A stretch of 64,000 bases of DNA, from positions 190,435 through 254,434 of the forward strand of contig SCTI01000001.1 of assembly GCA_004297735.1 (NCBI GenBank), given 5' to 3'. A model generated the notes under the pieces. That model had not been told where the DNA came from. It was given only the letters and a program-made list of their open reading frames with translations, and searched no databases. Below are positions 18,907-27,705 of this stretch, one piece after another. Numbering within the stretch: position 1 is the stretch's first letter; every line of letters starts with the position of its first letter. The DNA is from Patescibacteria group bacterium (GTDB taxonomy: Bacteria > Patescibacteriota > Saccharimonadia > UBA4664 > SCTI01). A program made the translations under genes and the position numbers.

Positions 18907-19371
18907 ATGGAGCGCGCATCGCCGGGCCTCATCTCCCGCTTCGGAGTCATGCGAAGCATCGTGGCGTTCATCGCCATCGTCGCCGCCCTGGTCGGTCTGA
19001 TCGTCTTCGCGATCACGGGCGTCGAGCCGAATGCCATCGGGACCGCGTTCATGGTCCTCGGCGCCGTCGGCATCACCATCGGTCTGCTCGTCGCCTTCGG
19101 CGGCAGCGAGGCTGGGGTGGTCCTCATGAGCACCGTCATCGCCGTCCTGGTCACCATGGCCGCGAAGACGACCCTCGGGTACACCTCCGTGATCATGGAG
19201 GTCGGGCTGATGGCCCTGATCGGGGCCACTTCCGCTGCCGTCTTCTCCTGGCACCGTCGCCGGCGCCTGAACGCGGCGAGCTGGTTCGACATCGGTGGCG
19301 TCACCCAGATCACGCCGATGAACCTCAAGAAGCCGAACCTCCCGCCCGTTCCGCTTCACCAGCAGGTCTAG
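18907..19371 (+). CDS. Hypothetical 4-TM membrane protein (very high-GC islet)
   Basis: 154 aa in the only sensible frame, with four hydrophobic helices. About 66% GC. Other frames give Arg-rich nonsense. Confidence 0.5.
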   Translation: MERASPGLISRFGVMRSIVAFIAIVAALVGLIVFAITGVEPNAIGTAFMVLGAVGITIGLLVAFGGSEAGVVLMSTVIAVLVTMAAKTTLGYTSVIMEVGLMALIGATSAAVFSWHRRRRLNAASWFDIGGVTQITPMNLKKPNLPPVPLHQQV

Positions 19372-19380
19372 TCGGCCCAC

Positions 19381-19431
19381 GGCCCCGCCGGAGCACTCAC
19401 CAGGTGTTTCGGCGGGGCCTCCCGCTTTTTA
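19381..19431 (+). terminator. Rho-independent terminator
   Basis: Perfect 10-bp stem GGCCCCGCCG...CGGCGGGGCC followed by tcccgCTTTTTa. Confidence 0.6.
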
Positions 19432-19455
19432 GGACTTATTAGTTATACTAGAGAC

Positions 19456-20001
19456 ATGGTTTACGTAGCATTACTTCGCGGCATCAATGTCGGCGGCAAC
19501 AACAAAGTAGAGATGGCCAAGCTAAAGCTGACCTTTGAGCAGCTAGGCTTTACCAAAGTTAAAACCTACATTAATTCCGGAAATATTATATTTGAAGGGC
19601 CTGATCAAAATCACCTGCAGCTAGCCTCACAAATTGAGGCTGCGATTACAAAAGATTTTGGCCTCAATATACCGGTGGTTTTACGTAACCTTAAGCAGAT
19701 ACAAGCAATCTGCAAAGCCATGCCTGAGACTTGGGTTAACAACTCGGTCATGAAGTGTGATGTACTGTTTTTGTGGGAAGAGGTTGATAACAAGTCGGCA
19801 CTTGAGGCAATGTCGGTTAAACGCGATATTGTTGACTTAAAGTACGTCCCAGGAGCAGTTATCTGGAGAATTGACAAGGAAAATGTCACTCGTGGTGGTA
19901 TCGATAAATTTATTGCGGCACCAATTTACAAGAAAATCACGATCAGAAACTGCAATACCGTCCGTAAGCTAAAGACTCTTATGGAAGAAGCCGCTCACTA
20001 A
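19456..20001 (+). CDS. DUF1697 family protein
   Basis: 181 aa. N-terminus MVYVALLRGINVGGNNKVEMAKLKLTFEQLGF is the conserved DUF1697 start. Confidence 0.65.
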   Translation: MVYVALLRGINVGGNNKVEMAKLKLTFEQLGFTKVKTYINSGNIIFEGPDQNHLQLASQIEAAITKDFGLNIPVVLRNLKQIQAICKAMPETWVNNSVMKCDVLFLWEEVDNKSALEAMSVKRDIVDLKYVPGAVIWRIDKENVTRGGIDKFIAAPIYKKITIRNCNTVRKLKTLMEEAAH

Positions 20002-20515
20002 ACTTTTGGCGTAGCTTTTCTAGCTTAGGATTAATAATTACCTGACAGTAAGCAGCCTGGGGATTTCTTGCAAAATAGTTCTGATGTTCCGGCTCAGCTG
20101 GGTAAAACTGCTCAAGCGGCTCCAGTTTTGTAACCACTGGATCGCTCCACAGTTTAGCCACCTTTTTAATTGAAGCTTCGGCAATTTTTTTCTGTGCTTG
20201 ATCTAAGTAGAAAATAGCTGATCGGTACTGCGGACCAATATCGGCGCCCTGGCGATTAAGCGTCGTTGGGTTGTGTAGCGCCCAAAATATATCTAAAACG
20301 TCTTCGAGACTGATAATTGATGGGTTGAACTCAACCCTAACCGCCTCGGCATGGCCGGTCTCACCACTGACAACCTGATAGTAGGTTGGATTTAGGGTCT
20401 GGCCTCCGGTATAACCAGAGGTAACGCTGGTGATGCCGTTAATCATTCGAAAAGCCGCATCAATGCACCAAAAGCAGCCGCCCGCCAAAACAATTGATTG
20501 TGATGATGATGTCAT
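19979..20515 (-). CDS. msrA: Peptide-methionine (S)-S-oxide reductase MsrA
   Basis: 178 aa. Active-site GCFWC motif (LAGGCFWCIDAAF). Conserved HDPT/Q-GxD-GxQYRS region. Confidence 0.9.
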   Translation of the reverse strand: MTSSSQSIVLAGGCFWCIDAAFRMINGITSVTSGYTGGQTLNPTYYQVVSGETGHAEAVRVEFNPSIISLEDVLDIFWALHNPTTLNRQGADIGPQYRSAIFYLDQAQKKIAEASIKKVAKLWSDPVVTKLEPLEQFYPAEPEHQNYFARNPQAAYCQVIINPKLEKLRQKFSERLLP

Positions 20516-20578
20516 ATTTATAGTTTAGCAGCTTAAACTCATTGCGCCCCCTTGCGGGGACGCAAGAGGGCGAGGGGG

Positions 20579-20908
20579 CTAGGCCGCAATCTCGAGACGG
20601 CCGGGCAGCCCAACCGAGCTGTTGCGAGGGAATAGCTCGGTGTTGTAAGCCACCCGCTGAAGCTGCTCGAGCAGACGATGCCACTCGCCGGCTTCGTCGA
20701 TGTTCAGCTCGCGATAGCTGCCGTCTGCTGTCTGGGCCATCAGCTTGAGATCACCGGTCACGGATCCGGTTTCCACGAGCTGGCGCGCGACTGAGGTCAG
20801 TAGACCGTAGAGGGTGGGGCTAGATGCGGCAGGGAAAACCACCTTGTCGGGGTCTCCTGCCAGCAGCACATATGTCGACGAATCTGCCAAAACGCCTCCT
20901 TGGTGCAA
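20579..20908 (-). CDS. Hypothetical protein (high-GC islet)
   Basis: 109-aa ORF, about 62% GC, no recognised domain. GC-rich hairpin at 20531-20578 downstream. Confidence 0.35.
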   Translation of the reverse strand: MHQGGVLADSSTYVLLAGDPDKVVFPAASSPTLYGLLTSVARQLVETGSVTGDLKLMAQTADGSYRELNIDEAGEWHRLLEQLQRVAYNTELFPRNSSVGLPGRLEIAA

Positions 20909-20970
20909 TGGGGGGTACGAAACTGCTTTTACTTAATCACAACCAGGCTCATAACTCAACCAATAAAAGC

Positions 20971-20995
20971 GAAAGTCCCCACGAGGGGGACTTTC
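20971..20995. terminator. Strong 10-bp hairpin (possible bidirectional terminator or end of a small RNA)
   Basis: GAAAGTCCCC-acgag-GGGGACTTTC, flanked by an A-run on the 5' side and T-run character on both strands. Lies in a 240-bp intergenic region. Confidence 0.35.
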
Positions 20996-21146
20996 TGGTG
21001 CTCACCGAGCACGTACTTGAACAAAATAGCACTTGGTGAACACCCTTACGGTATCACGGTTGAGCTTTTAGGCGCAATAGAATTTTTATAAACAAACTTT
21101 GATATGGCGGTTTTTGGCTCGCCAAAGCTTATGATACGATTGAGCT

Positions 21147-21614
21147 ATGGCTGCAATTGTTCGTCCGTTAAAACTAAATGAAGTACCGTCTTTGCACCGA
21201 CGTTTTGGCGAGGCAATTGACACCAGCTTTGCCTATATAAAGCCGCAATACAGAGTCAAAATTAGACGAGACAACAATCTGATTCGGCTGGGCTACGCCT
21301 GCGTCCATCCTCAGCGTATTTTGCTAGCAGCCGTTGATGAGGGTGATTTACTTGGTTACGCAATTGGGGCCGTAGGTAAAACTCAGGCCGATCTATATTG
21401 GCTGTATGTGTCGCCAAAAAGCCGTGGTCAACAGTTAGGCTTAAAGCTGCTGCAGACCTTTGAGCAATCAAGTCGACAACAAGGAGTCAACCGAGTCGGA
21501 CTATCTACCTACGATCACCACACCTACTACGCCGCGATTGGCTACAACACCATTAAGCAAGAGACGCTGCATGGTGTACCAATGAAGATTATGGTTAAGG
21601 ATATTAGTTTATGA
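21147..21614 (+). CDS. GNAT family N-acetyltransferase
   Basis: 155 aa. Acetyl-CoA binding motif A around LYVSPKSRGQQLGLKLL. Confidence 0.55.
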   Translation: MAAIVRPLKLNEVPSLHRRFGEAIDTSFAYIKPQYRVKIRRDNNLIRLGYACVHPQRILLAAVDEGDLLGYAIGAVGKTQADLYWLYVSPKSRGQQLGLKLLQTFEQSSRQQGVNRVGLSTYDHHTYYAAIGYNTIKQETLHGVPMKIMVKDISL

Positions 21615-22924
21615 AATTTAAGGGCGGTTTAATTAATAAAAAGAATGGCCGGAGGCGGCTTTTAGGTCTGCTACTGGTGCTGTTGGTCTCGCTTGGGGTG
21701 TACCAGTACTTAACTACGCCGAAAGAGTTAATTTCGTTGCCAGCAAGCTCGCAGCAACTGCTAAAAAAGACCCCTCCTAAGGGTGGGCAGGTGGTCTCGG
21801 TTGAGGCGGTTCAAACTGTGCCCGCCGATCAAGTTTTGGCTTTATCGCGGCAAAACTATGGCGCTAGCGCCCCTCAACCCTCGACCGCAGTTACTAAAGC
21901 TTTAATTAAATACACATCGTATTTACCAAACAACACTAAGATTGAGGTTTACGCTCGAGCCTACATACCGTCTAGCGGTTCTAATCTGCCAACTTTGGCT
22001 TTTGCGCCTGGCACTACCGGTATCGGCGACCAATGTGCTGCCAGTCTTGAGCAACCGGCAGTTAGCAACTGGGCTAACTACGAGTCGCACATGATGACTT
22101 ACGCTGGCCAGGGTTACGCCTCAATCATTACCGATTACGAGGGGATGCGAGACGTCGACCGGATCCATCACTATATGATTGGCGAGGTTGAGGGTCGAGC
22201 GGTGCTGGATAGTTTGCGAGCGCTCCATAACTGGGATGTGACGGCTGGCCGGCTAAACGATAACGGCTTGTTTGTGGGTGGTTTTTCTCAAGGCGGTCAT
22301 AGCGCGATGTGGGCCGACAAGATTGCGGCGGATTATGCACCAGAATATAAACTGCGAGGAGTGGTTGGTTTTGGACCGGTTAGCGACGTTAAGCGCACAT
22401 TGGTTGATGTAACTCGCGGTGCCAATATTAACTGGTTTGGGCCCTTTATTCTTACCAGCTACCAAGACTATTACAGCCGTACCTACGATGTCGCCGCCAT
22501 GTTGCAGCCTAAATGGGTGCCGGGTCTTAAAAGCGAGGTCACCTCACACTGCATCGACACCGTAATAAACCACTGGGGTCGTGACCCGGCAGCGGTTTAC
22601 ACTCCCGCATTACGAACCGCTATGGCAACCGACAACTGGGCTGGGTTTGAGCAACTAAGCAAAGACCTAGACGCTAACGCCGTCGGGGATCAAAAGACCA
22701 CTACCGCTAAATTAATTAATCAGGGGGCGCATGATAACGTAATTTTGGTTGGCCAACAACAAGCGGTGATGCCAAAACTGTGCGCCAATAGCAAGGGGCC
22801 GGTCAATCTCCGGGTCTATCCTGGTGCCACTCACTACAATGTAATGGTGCAAAGTTTTCGCGATACAACCATTTGGATGCAATCAATAATCGGAAATCGA
22901 TTACCGATTACGAACTGTAGTTAG
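21611..22924 (+). CDS. Secreted alpha/beta-hydrolase (secretory-lipase-like)
   Basis: 437 aa. N-terminal membrane anchor. Nucleophile elbow GFSQGGHSA (G-x-S-x-G). Confidence 0.5.
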   Translation: MKFKGGLINKKNGRRRLLGLLLVLLVSLGVYQYLTTPKELISLPASSQQLLKKTPPKGGQVVSVEAVQTVPADQVLALSRQNYGASAPQPSTAVTKALIKYTSYLPNNTKIEVYARAYIPSSGSNLPTLAFAPGTTGIGDQCAASLEQPAVSNWANYESHMMTYAGQGYASIITDYEGMRDVDRIHHYMIGEVEGRAVLDSLRALHNWDVTAGRLNDNGLFVGGFSQGGHSAMWADKIAADYAPEYKLRGVVGFGPVSDVKRTLVDVTRGANINWFGPFILTSYQDYYSRTYDVAAMLQPKWVPGLKSEVTSHCIDTVINHWGRDPAAVYTPALRTAMATDNWAGFEQLSKDLDANAVGDQKTTTAKLINQGAHDNVILVGQQQAVMPKLCANSKGPVNLRVYPGATHYNVMVQSFRDTTIWMQSIIGNRLPITNCS

Positions 22925-24747
22925 CTGTTGCGGAAGCGCTTGCGCTCAACGGCGGTTAAGCCGCGCTTGCGCATTCGAATTGATTCCGGTGTGACTTCGA
23001 GCAGCTCATCGTTTTCAATAAAATCGAGAGCCTCTTCGAGCGAAAGCTTCTTATAAGGGATGAGCTGGGTGGTCATATCGGTAGAAGAAGCGCGAACGTT
23101 GGTTAGCTTCTTTTCTTTACAGGCGTTAATTTCCATGTCATCACTGCGACGATTCAAGCCGATAATCATGCCCTCATACAATTTTTCGCCTGGGCCAACA
23201 AAAGCGGTACCGCGGTCTTCGACCACCCGCAGGCTGTAGGTTACAGCTGGCCCGGTTTCGGCTGAAATTAGCACGCCATTGCGCAGTTTCTGCAACGGAG
23301 CACCCAGCGGCCGGTATTCTAACAGGCTGCTATTCATCACTACGGTGCCCTTAGTGGCGGTTAAAAGAACGTTGCGCAGACCGAGCAAGGCACGGGTTGG
23401 CAAATGGAAGATAATACTAGTTACGCCCTTGCTGGTTGGCTCCATTTCTTTAAGGTCAGCCTTGCGACGGCCAAGCTCACTGGTGACAGCGCCAACATAC
23501 TCTTCGGGCACCTCAACGATCAACTCCTCAACCGGCTCAAGCTTTTTACCATCCTCTTCCTTAAGCACTACTTGCGGGCGGCCAACCTCAAACTCAAAGC
23601 CTTCACGGCGAAGTGTTTCAATTAAGACCGATAGGTGGAGTTCGCCACGACCCGAGACCAAGAAGTTGGTGTCACGCTCTTCAACCCGCAAGCTAACGTT
23701 GGTTTCAAGCTCTTTTTGCAACCTGGCACCAATTTGGCGAGAGGTGGTAAACTTACCCTCTTTACCGGCAAATGGCGAGGTGTTTGGACCCAGCGCAATC
23801 TGTAGGGTAGGGGCTTCAATCTCCATAACCGGAAGCGCTTCTTGAGCCGAAGCGTCGGCCAAGGTTTCACCAATTTGGGCCTTATCGATACCGGTAATCT
23901 GGGCGATCTCGCCAGCTCCGGCCTGATCGACCTCGACTCGCTGGAGACCGGCCGATACAAAGATACGATCGATCTTGGTACCAACAACACCACCTGCAGC
24001 GGTCATCAGAGCGATGGCCTGGCCGCGCTTAGCCACGCCGCGCTGAATCCGCCCGATAGCGTACTTACCCTGGTAGCTATCCCAAGCCAGTGAGGTCACC
24101 AGCATCTGGAAGGGCTGATCTAGTTCAACCTGCGGCGACGGGACATGATCAATAATGGCCTTAAAGATAGGGGAGAGATCGGCAGCGTCGCCTTCGGGAT
24201 CGGGCGGAACCGACTCCCAAGCCTTACCGGCCCGGCCGATGGCATAGTAAACCGGATAATCCAGCTGATCATCGCTAATTGCCAAATCCAGGAACAGATT
24301 GCCGACCTCATCCTCAACCTCGGCAATGCGAGCATCGCGCTTATCGATTTTATTAATAACCACAATTGGCTTGAGGCCTAAGGCCAGCGACTTCTTAAGC
24401 ACAAACTTGGTTTGAGGCATCGGCCCCTCTTGGGCGTCGACAATTAAGATAATGCCGTCGGCCATACCGAGAGTACGTTCAACCTCACCGCTAAAGTCGG
24501 CGTGACCTGGGGTGTCGATGATGTTGATCTTGTAGCCGTCGTACTCTACCGCCGTGGTTTTAGCGGAAATTGTAATACCACGCTCGCGCTCCAGATCGCC
24601 AGAGTCGAGAATGGTGGTTTGCTGCATTTCGGCTTGATTATCACGGAAGGTTCGCGACTGCTTAAGCAAGCCGTCGACAAGCGTGGTCTTACCATGGTCG
24701 ACGTGAGCCACAATGGCAATGTTTCGAATTGTTTTGGGATCGCGCAT
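22921..24747 (-). CDS. typA: Translational GTPase TypA/BipA
   Basis: G1 motif AHVDHGKTTL, DTPGHADF, NKIDK. Length and domain order match BipA. The six-frame ORF extends to 24774, but the conserved start is MRDPKTIRNIAIVAHVD. Confidence 0.9.
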   Translation of the reverse strand: MRDPKTIRNIAIVAHVDHGKTTLVDGLLKQSRTFRDNQAEMQQTTILDSGDLERERGITISAKTTAVEYDGYKINIIDTPGHADFSGEVERTLGMADGIILIVDAQEGPMPQTKFVLKKSLALGLKPIVVINKIDKRDARIAEVEDEVGNLFLDLAISDDQLDYPVYYAIGRAGKAWESVPPDPEGDAADLSPIFKAIIDHVPSPQVELDQPFQMLVTSLAWDSYQGKYAIGRIQRGVAKRGQAIALMTAAGGVVGTKIDRIFVSAGLQRVEVDQAGAGEIAQITGIDKAQIGETLADASAQEALPVMEIEAPTLQIALGPNTSPFAGKEGKFTTSRQIGARLQKELETNVSLRVEERDTNFLVSGRGELHLSVLIETLRREGFEFEVGRPQVVLKEEDGKKLEPVEELIVEVPEEYVGAVTSELGRRKADLKEMEPTSKGVTSIIFHLPTRALLGLRNVLLTATKGTVVMNSSLLEYRPLGAPLQKLRNGVLISAETGPAVTYSLRVVEDRGTAFVGPGEKLYEGMIIGLNRRSDDMEINACKEKKLTNVRASSTDMTTQLIPYKKLSLEEALDFIENDELLEVTPESIRMRKRGLTAVERKRFRNS

Positions 24748-24834
24748 GTCGGCTCCAGTTAGCTTTATAATCAAAATAAAAGCGCCCGCTTCAGTTCGCT
24801 GGGCGCGCTGTATCTGAAAAACTATACCATATTT

Positions 24835-25254
24835 CTACTGTTTTAGTCTAGATCGATAATGAGTTGGGGCTACAGGGATCATAGTTAAGAGAACAGCAAG
24901 AATCAGCCCGAGGTAGCCCGATAATAGTGACAGGAAGAAAATGCCGACCGGAATAGCAAAAAACCTAAGATCTTGTAACCGGTTTTTAGCGGAAAGTATC
25001 ATAAGAGCTAAAAAGAAATCGTATAGCGCATAAAGGCCAATAGAGTCGTTGAAAGACGCATAATTCAAATTGACATATATGCCATCATCTAGGTTGGCAT
25101 AAAGAGCCATTATGAACAAAATCCAAACAATCAAGGAGCTTAAAACAAAGTGGAACAGACCAAACTTTACAAGGTCGGCTCCATCGCGTACTTTCTTAAG
25201 TTTAAAAAAATCCATGGGCCTATTTATATCACTGATTATAGTAATTACAAGCAC
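24835..25254 (-). CDS. Hypothetical small membrane protein (AT-rich)
   Basis: 139 aa, 3-4 hydrophobic helices. Confidence 0.35.
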   Translation of the reverse strand: MLVITIISDINRPMDFFKLKKVRDGADLVKFGLFHFVLSSLIVWILFIMALYANLDDGIYVNLNYASFNDSIGLYALYDFFLALMILSAKNRLQDLRFFAIPVGIFFLSLLSGYLGLILAVLLTMIPVAPTHYRSRLKQ

Positions 25255-25291
25255 CAGGCCTCTGTAACAATGCTTATGCTAATATTTAGGC

Positions 25292-25414
25292 ATGCATCCA
25301 TCGTTATTGTCAGGTGAGCAAACGCTGGCGCAGTTTGATTCGACTACCAGCGGCCTATCTAGGGCTGAAGCCGCTGAGAAGACCAGATTAGACTGCTTCA
25401 TTTCCCACCTATAA
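25292..25414 (+). pseudogene. Remnant of a P-type cation ATPase N-terminus
   Basis: 40-codon ORF MHPSLLSGEQTLAQFDSTTSGLSRAEAAEKTRLDCF... resembles the conserved N-terminal GLS/T-xEA-xxRL segment of P-type ATPases. It is followed by a stop and no downstream ATPase body. Confidence 0.3.
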
Positions 25415-25453
25415 ACTCTTGTTTTTCTTTCTTTAGCTAGCTACTCTTTTTGT

Positions 25454-25717
25454 ATGAAGCTTATTAAAAACCCTCAAAAGGCACGACAAATCATCCCAAT
25501 AATTGTGGTTGTTACTATCCTTATACAGCCAATAAATTTTCTTAGTTATTTTGTAAACTCTTCTGGTAGCCAAAGCACACTTATAAACGACCTCATAATG
25601 TATGGAGGTATGGCTGTGATACTGGCCTGTCTCATAGTTGCCATAGCAATTCGGCGCGCCGATGTCTCACCAAGCCCCAACGAAACACAGGATGTACAGA
25701 CACCTTCAGAAAAATAG
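25454..25717 (+). CDS. Hypothetical small membrane protein
   Basis: 87 aa, two hydrophobic helices. Confidence 0.3.
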   Translation: MKLIKNPQKARQIIPIIVVVTILIQPINFLSYFVNSSGSQSTLINDLIMYGGMAVILACLIVAIAIRRADVSPSPNETQDVQTPSEK

Positions 25718-25762
25718 CCACTATTTTGTTATGATAGAGGCTGAGTTAAACGAGGAGCCACT

Positions 25763-26032
25763 ATGAAATGCCCAGTTGATAGCACCGAGCTAACCATGTC
25801 TGAGCGACAGGGGATTGAGATTGATTATTGCCCGCAGTGTCGTGGTGTCTGGCTGGATCGTGGCGAACTCGACAAGATTATTGAGCGTGGTGGGGCTGTG
25901 GCTGCACCGACTCCGCAGCCACAGCAGCGCCCAGAGCAACGGTACGAGGATAATGGCCATCATGATGGGCATGGTGGCTACCACAAGCCGCACAAGCGCA
26001 AAGACAACTGGCTCGGCGAGCTGTTTGACTAG
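25763..26032 (+). CDS. TFIIB-type zinc-ribbon protein
   Basis: MKCPVDSTEL...IDYCPQCRGVWLDRGELDKI is the zf-TFIIB-type ribbon. His-rich C-terminal tail. Confidence 0.55.
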   Translation: MKCPVDSTELTMSERQGIEIDYCPQCRGVWLDRGELDKIIERGGAVAAPTPQPQQRPEQRYEDNGHHDGHGGYHKPHKRKDNWLGELFD

Positions 26033-26080
26033 CCGTTTGCACATAAGAATTCCTTAATCAGCAAACGGTATAATAAGGAA

Positions 26081-26665
26081 ATGCTAACCGAATCCTTCTA
26101 CCAGCAAGATGCCGTTACCTTAGCTCAAGCCCTAATTGGCTGTGAGCTGGTTCATACCACCGAGCAGGGAACGACCGCTGGGATTATTGTGGAGACTGAG
26201 GCCTACAGCCAAGATGACGAGGCCAGCCACAGCTTTCGCGGCCAAACTAAGCGCAACGCGGTGATGTTTGGTCCGGCCGGTCACGCCTATATTTACTTCA
26301 CCTATGGCATGCACTACTGCATGAACGTGGTAGCTGGTCCGGAGGGTAGGGCGGAGGCAGTATTGATTCGAGCCCTGCAGCCATCGCAGGGGATTGAGTT
26401 AATGAAAGCACGCCGCGGGACAGACGAGCTGCACAACCTATGCAGCGGACCAGCCAAGTTGGTCCAGGCAATGGGTATACTGCATGAGCAAAACGGAATG
26501 AGTTTAATGGAGGAGAAACTTTTTATTACGCCAGCTGTGAAATTGCTCGAGATTAAGGCCACACCACGAATTGGCATTCGCCAGGCGGCTGATAAGCCGT
26601 GGCGATTTATTGCCCGCAACAGCTTATTTATTACTAATCACAAATTTAATCGCTTAAACGCTTAG
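26081..26665 (+). CDS. DNA-3-methyladenine glycosylase (Mpg/AAG family)
   Basis: 194 aa. Conserved GIIVETEAY and GPAGHAYIYFTYGMHYCMNVV blocks. Confidence 0.8.
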   Translation: MLTESFYQQDAVTLAQALIGCELVHTTEQGTTAGIIVETEAYSQDDEASHSFRGQTKRNAVMFGPAGHAYIYFTYGMHYCMNVVAGPEGRAEAVLIRALQPSQGIELMKARRGTDELHNLCSGPAKLVQAMGILHEQNGMSLMEEKLFITPAVKLLEIKATPRIGIRQAADKPWRFIARNSLFITNHKFNRLNA

Positions 26666-27231
26666 TGCCTCGCCGGTATATTAAAAAGTTATTAATTGCC
26701 GTGGCTTTGGTGGGTCTATCCGCCCTGGGGGCAGGCGTGACTCAAACCGGTGATTTAAGATTACCGGATCCCGAACGCACCCCTCCGGGATACCACCGGG
26801 TGGTTGAGGTTAGCGATGGCGACACCTTTAAGGTTAAAATTGCCGGCGTAACCGAAACGGTTCGCCTAATCGGTATCGACACTCCAGAGACGAAGGATCC
26901 GCGCAAGCCGGTGCAGTGCTTTGGTCGGGCGGCGAGCGACGAAGCCAAGCACTTACTCAAGGGCAAGCTGGTTAGGCTAGAGGGAGATCCGGAGAGTGGT
27001 GATCGCGACAAGTACCAACGCCTACTTAGGTTCGCTTATTTAGAGGATGGCACATTCTACAACCAGCACATGGTTGAGCAGGGATTTGCTTTTGCTTATA
27101 CGATTTTTCCAAACAGCAAGCTAGAGCTATTTCGCAGCTGGGAACGCCAAGCGCGCGAGGCTAAGCGCGGGCTGTGGGCTGGCTGCCCGGTGAGCGAATC
27201 TAACGACAAGCGCCAAACCGGTAACGAGTAG
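26665..27231 (+). CDS. Thermonuclease (SNase-like) with N-terminal membrane anchor
   Basis: 188 aa. SNase motifs VRLIGIDTPE and DRDKYQRLLRFAY. Confidence 0.75.
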   Translation: MPRRYIKKLLIAVALVGLSALGAGVTQTGDLRLPDPERTPPGYHRVVEVSDGDTFKVKIAGVTETVRLIGIDTPETKDPRKPVQCFGRAASDEAKHLLKGKLVRLEGDPESGDRDKYQRLLRFAYLEDGTFYNQHMVEQGFAFAYTIFPNSKLELFRSWERQAREAKRGLWAGCPVSESNDKRQTGNE

Positions 27232-27645
27232 TTACTCGCTGGGGATGAACAGTTCTGGCTTGCCGACTTTGGCGCTCAAGATAATCGGGCGCACCTCACC
27301 ATCGGTATCTTTAATTTGAGTCTCTTGAGTTTGGTTGTAGTGCGTAACCAAGTGGTGGCTCATGATCTCTTGAAGATCCTTCAATTTAAACTTTAGCTCT
27401 TCTAGCTCCGAGTTAATTGTTTGATAATCACGGTCGGCTTCAAGCAGTTTCTTGGCTTGCTGACGCTTAACGGTTAGCTCCTTAATCTCTTCTTGTAGCT
27501 CCTGGTATTCTTGATTCTGCAACAAAACATCTTTGAGGTTGTCGCGCATTACCTTAGCCTTGCTGCGAGTTTCTTCCATCTCAAGCATTAAGCGTTGAAT
27601 TGCGTCTAAAGTACTTTCTTCGATCGGCTGCTGTGTCTCTGCCAT
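27232..27645 (-). CDS. Hypothetical coiled-coil protein
   Basis: 137 aa. Heptad-rich E/K/L/Q composition. Confidence 0.4.
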   Translation of the reverse strand: MAETQQPIEESTLDAIQRLMLEMEETRSKAKVMRDNLKDVLLQNQEYQELQEEIKELTVKRQQAKKLLEADRDYQTINSELEELKFKLKDLQEIMSHHLVTHYNQTQETQIKDTDGEVRPIILSAKVGKPELFIPSE

Positions 27646-27705
27646 GTATGTCTGCCTTCTTTATCGTAACCAGTATAGCCGAGTTGCTGACGCCGGCAAA
27701 GTCAA

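Noticed and set aside
18840-19442. Overlapping ORFs on both strands (18840..19328 -, 18901..19380 -, 18903..19442 +) in the six-frame track
   Set aside because: These are Arg/His/Asp-rich low-complexity translations typical of spurious frames in high-GC DNA. Only the 18907..19371 (+) frame gives a coherent 4-TM protein with promoter and terminator.
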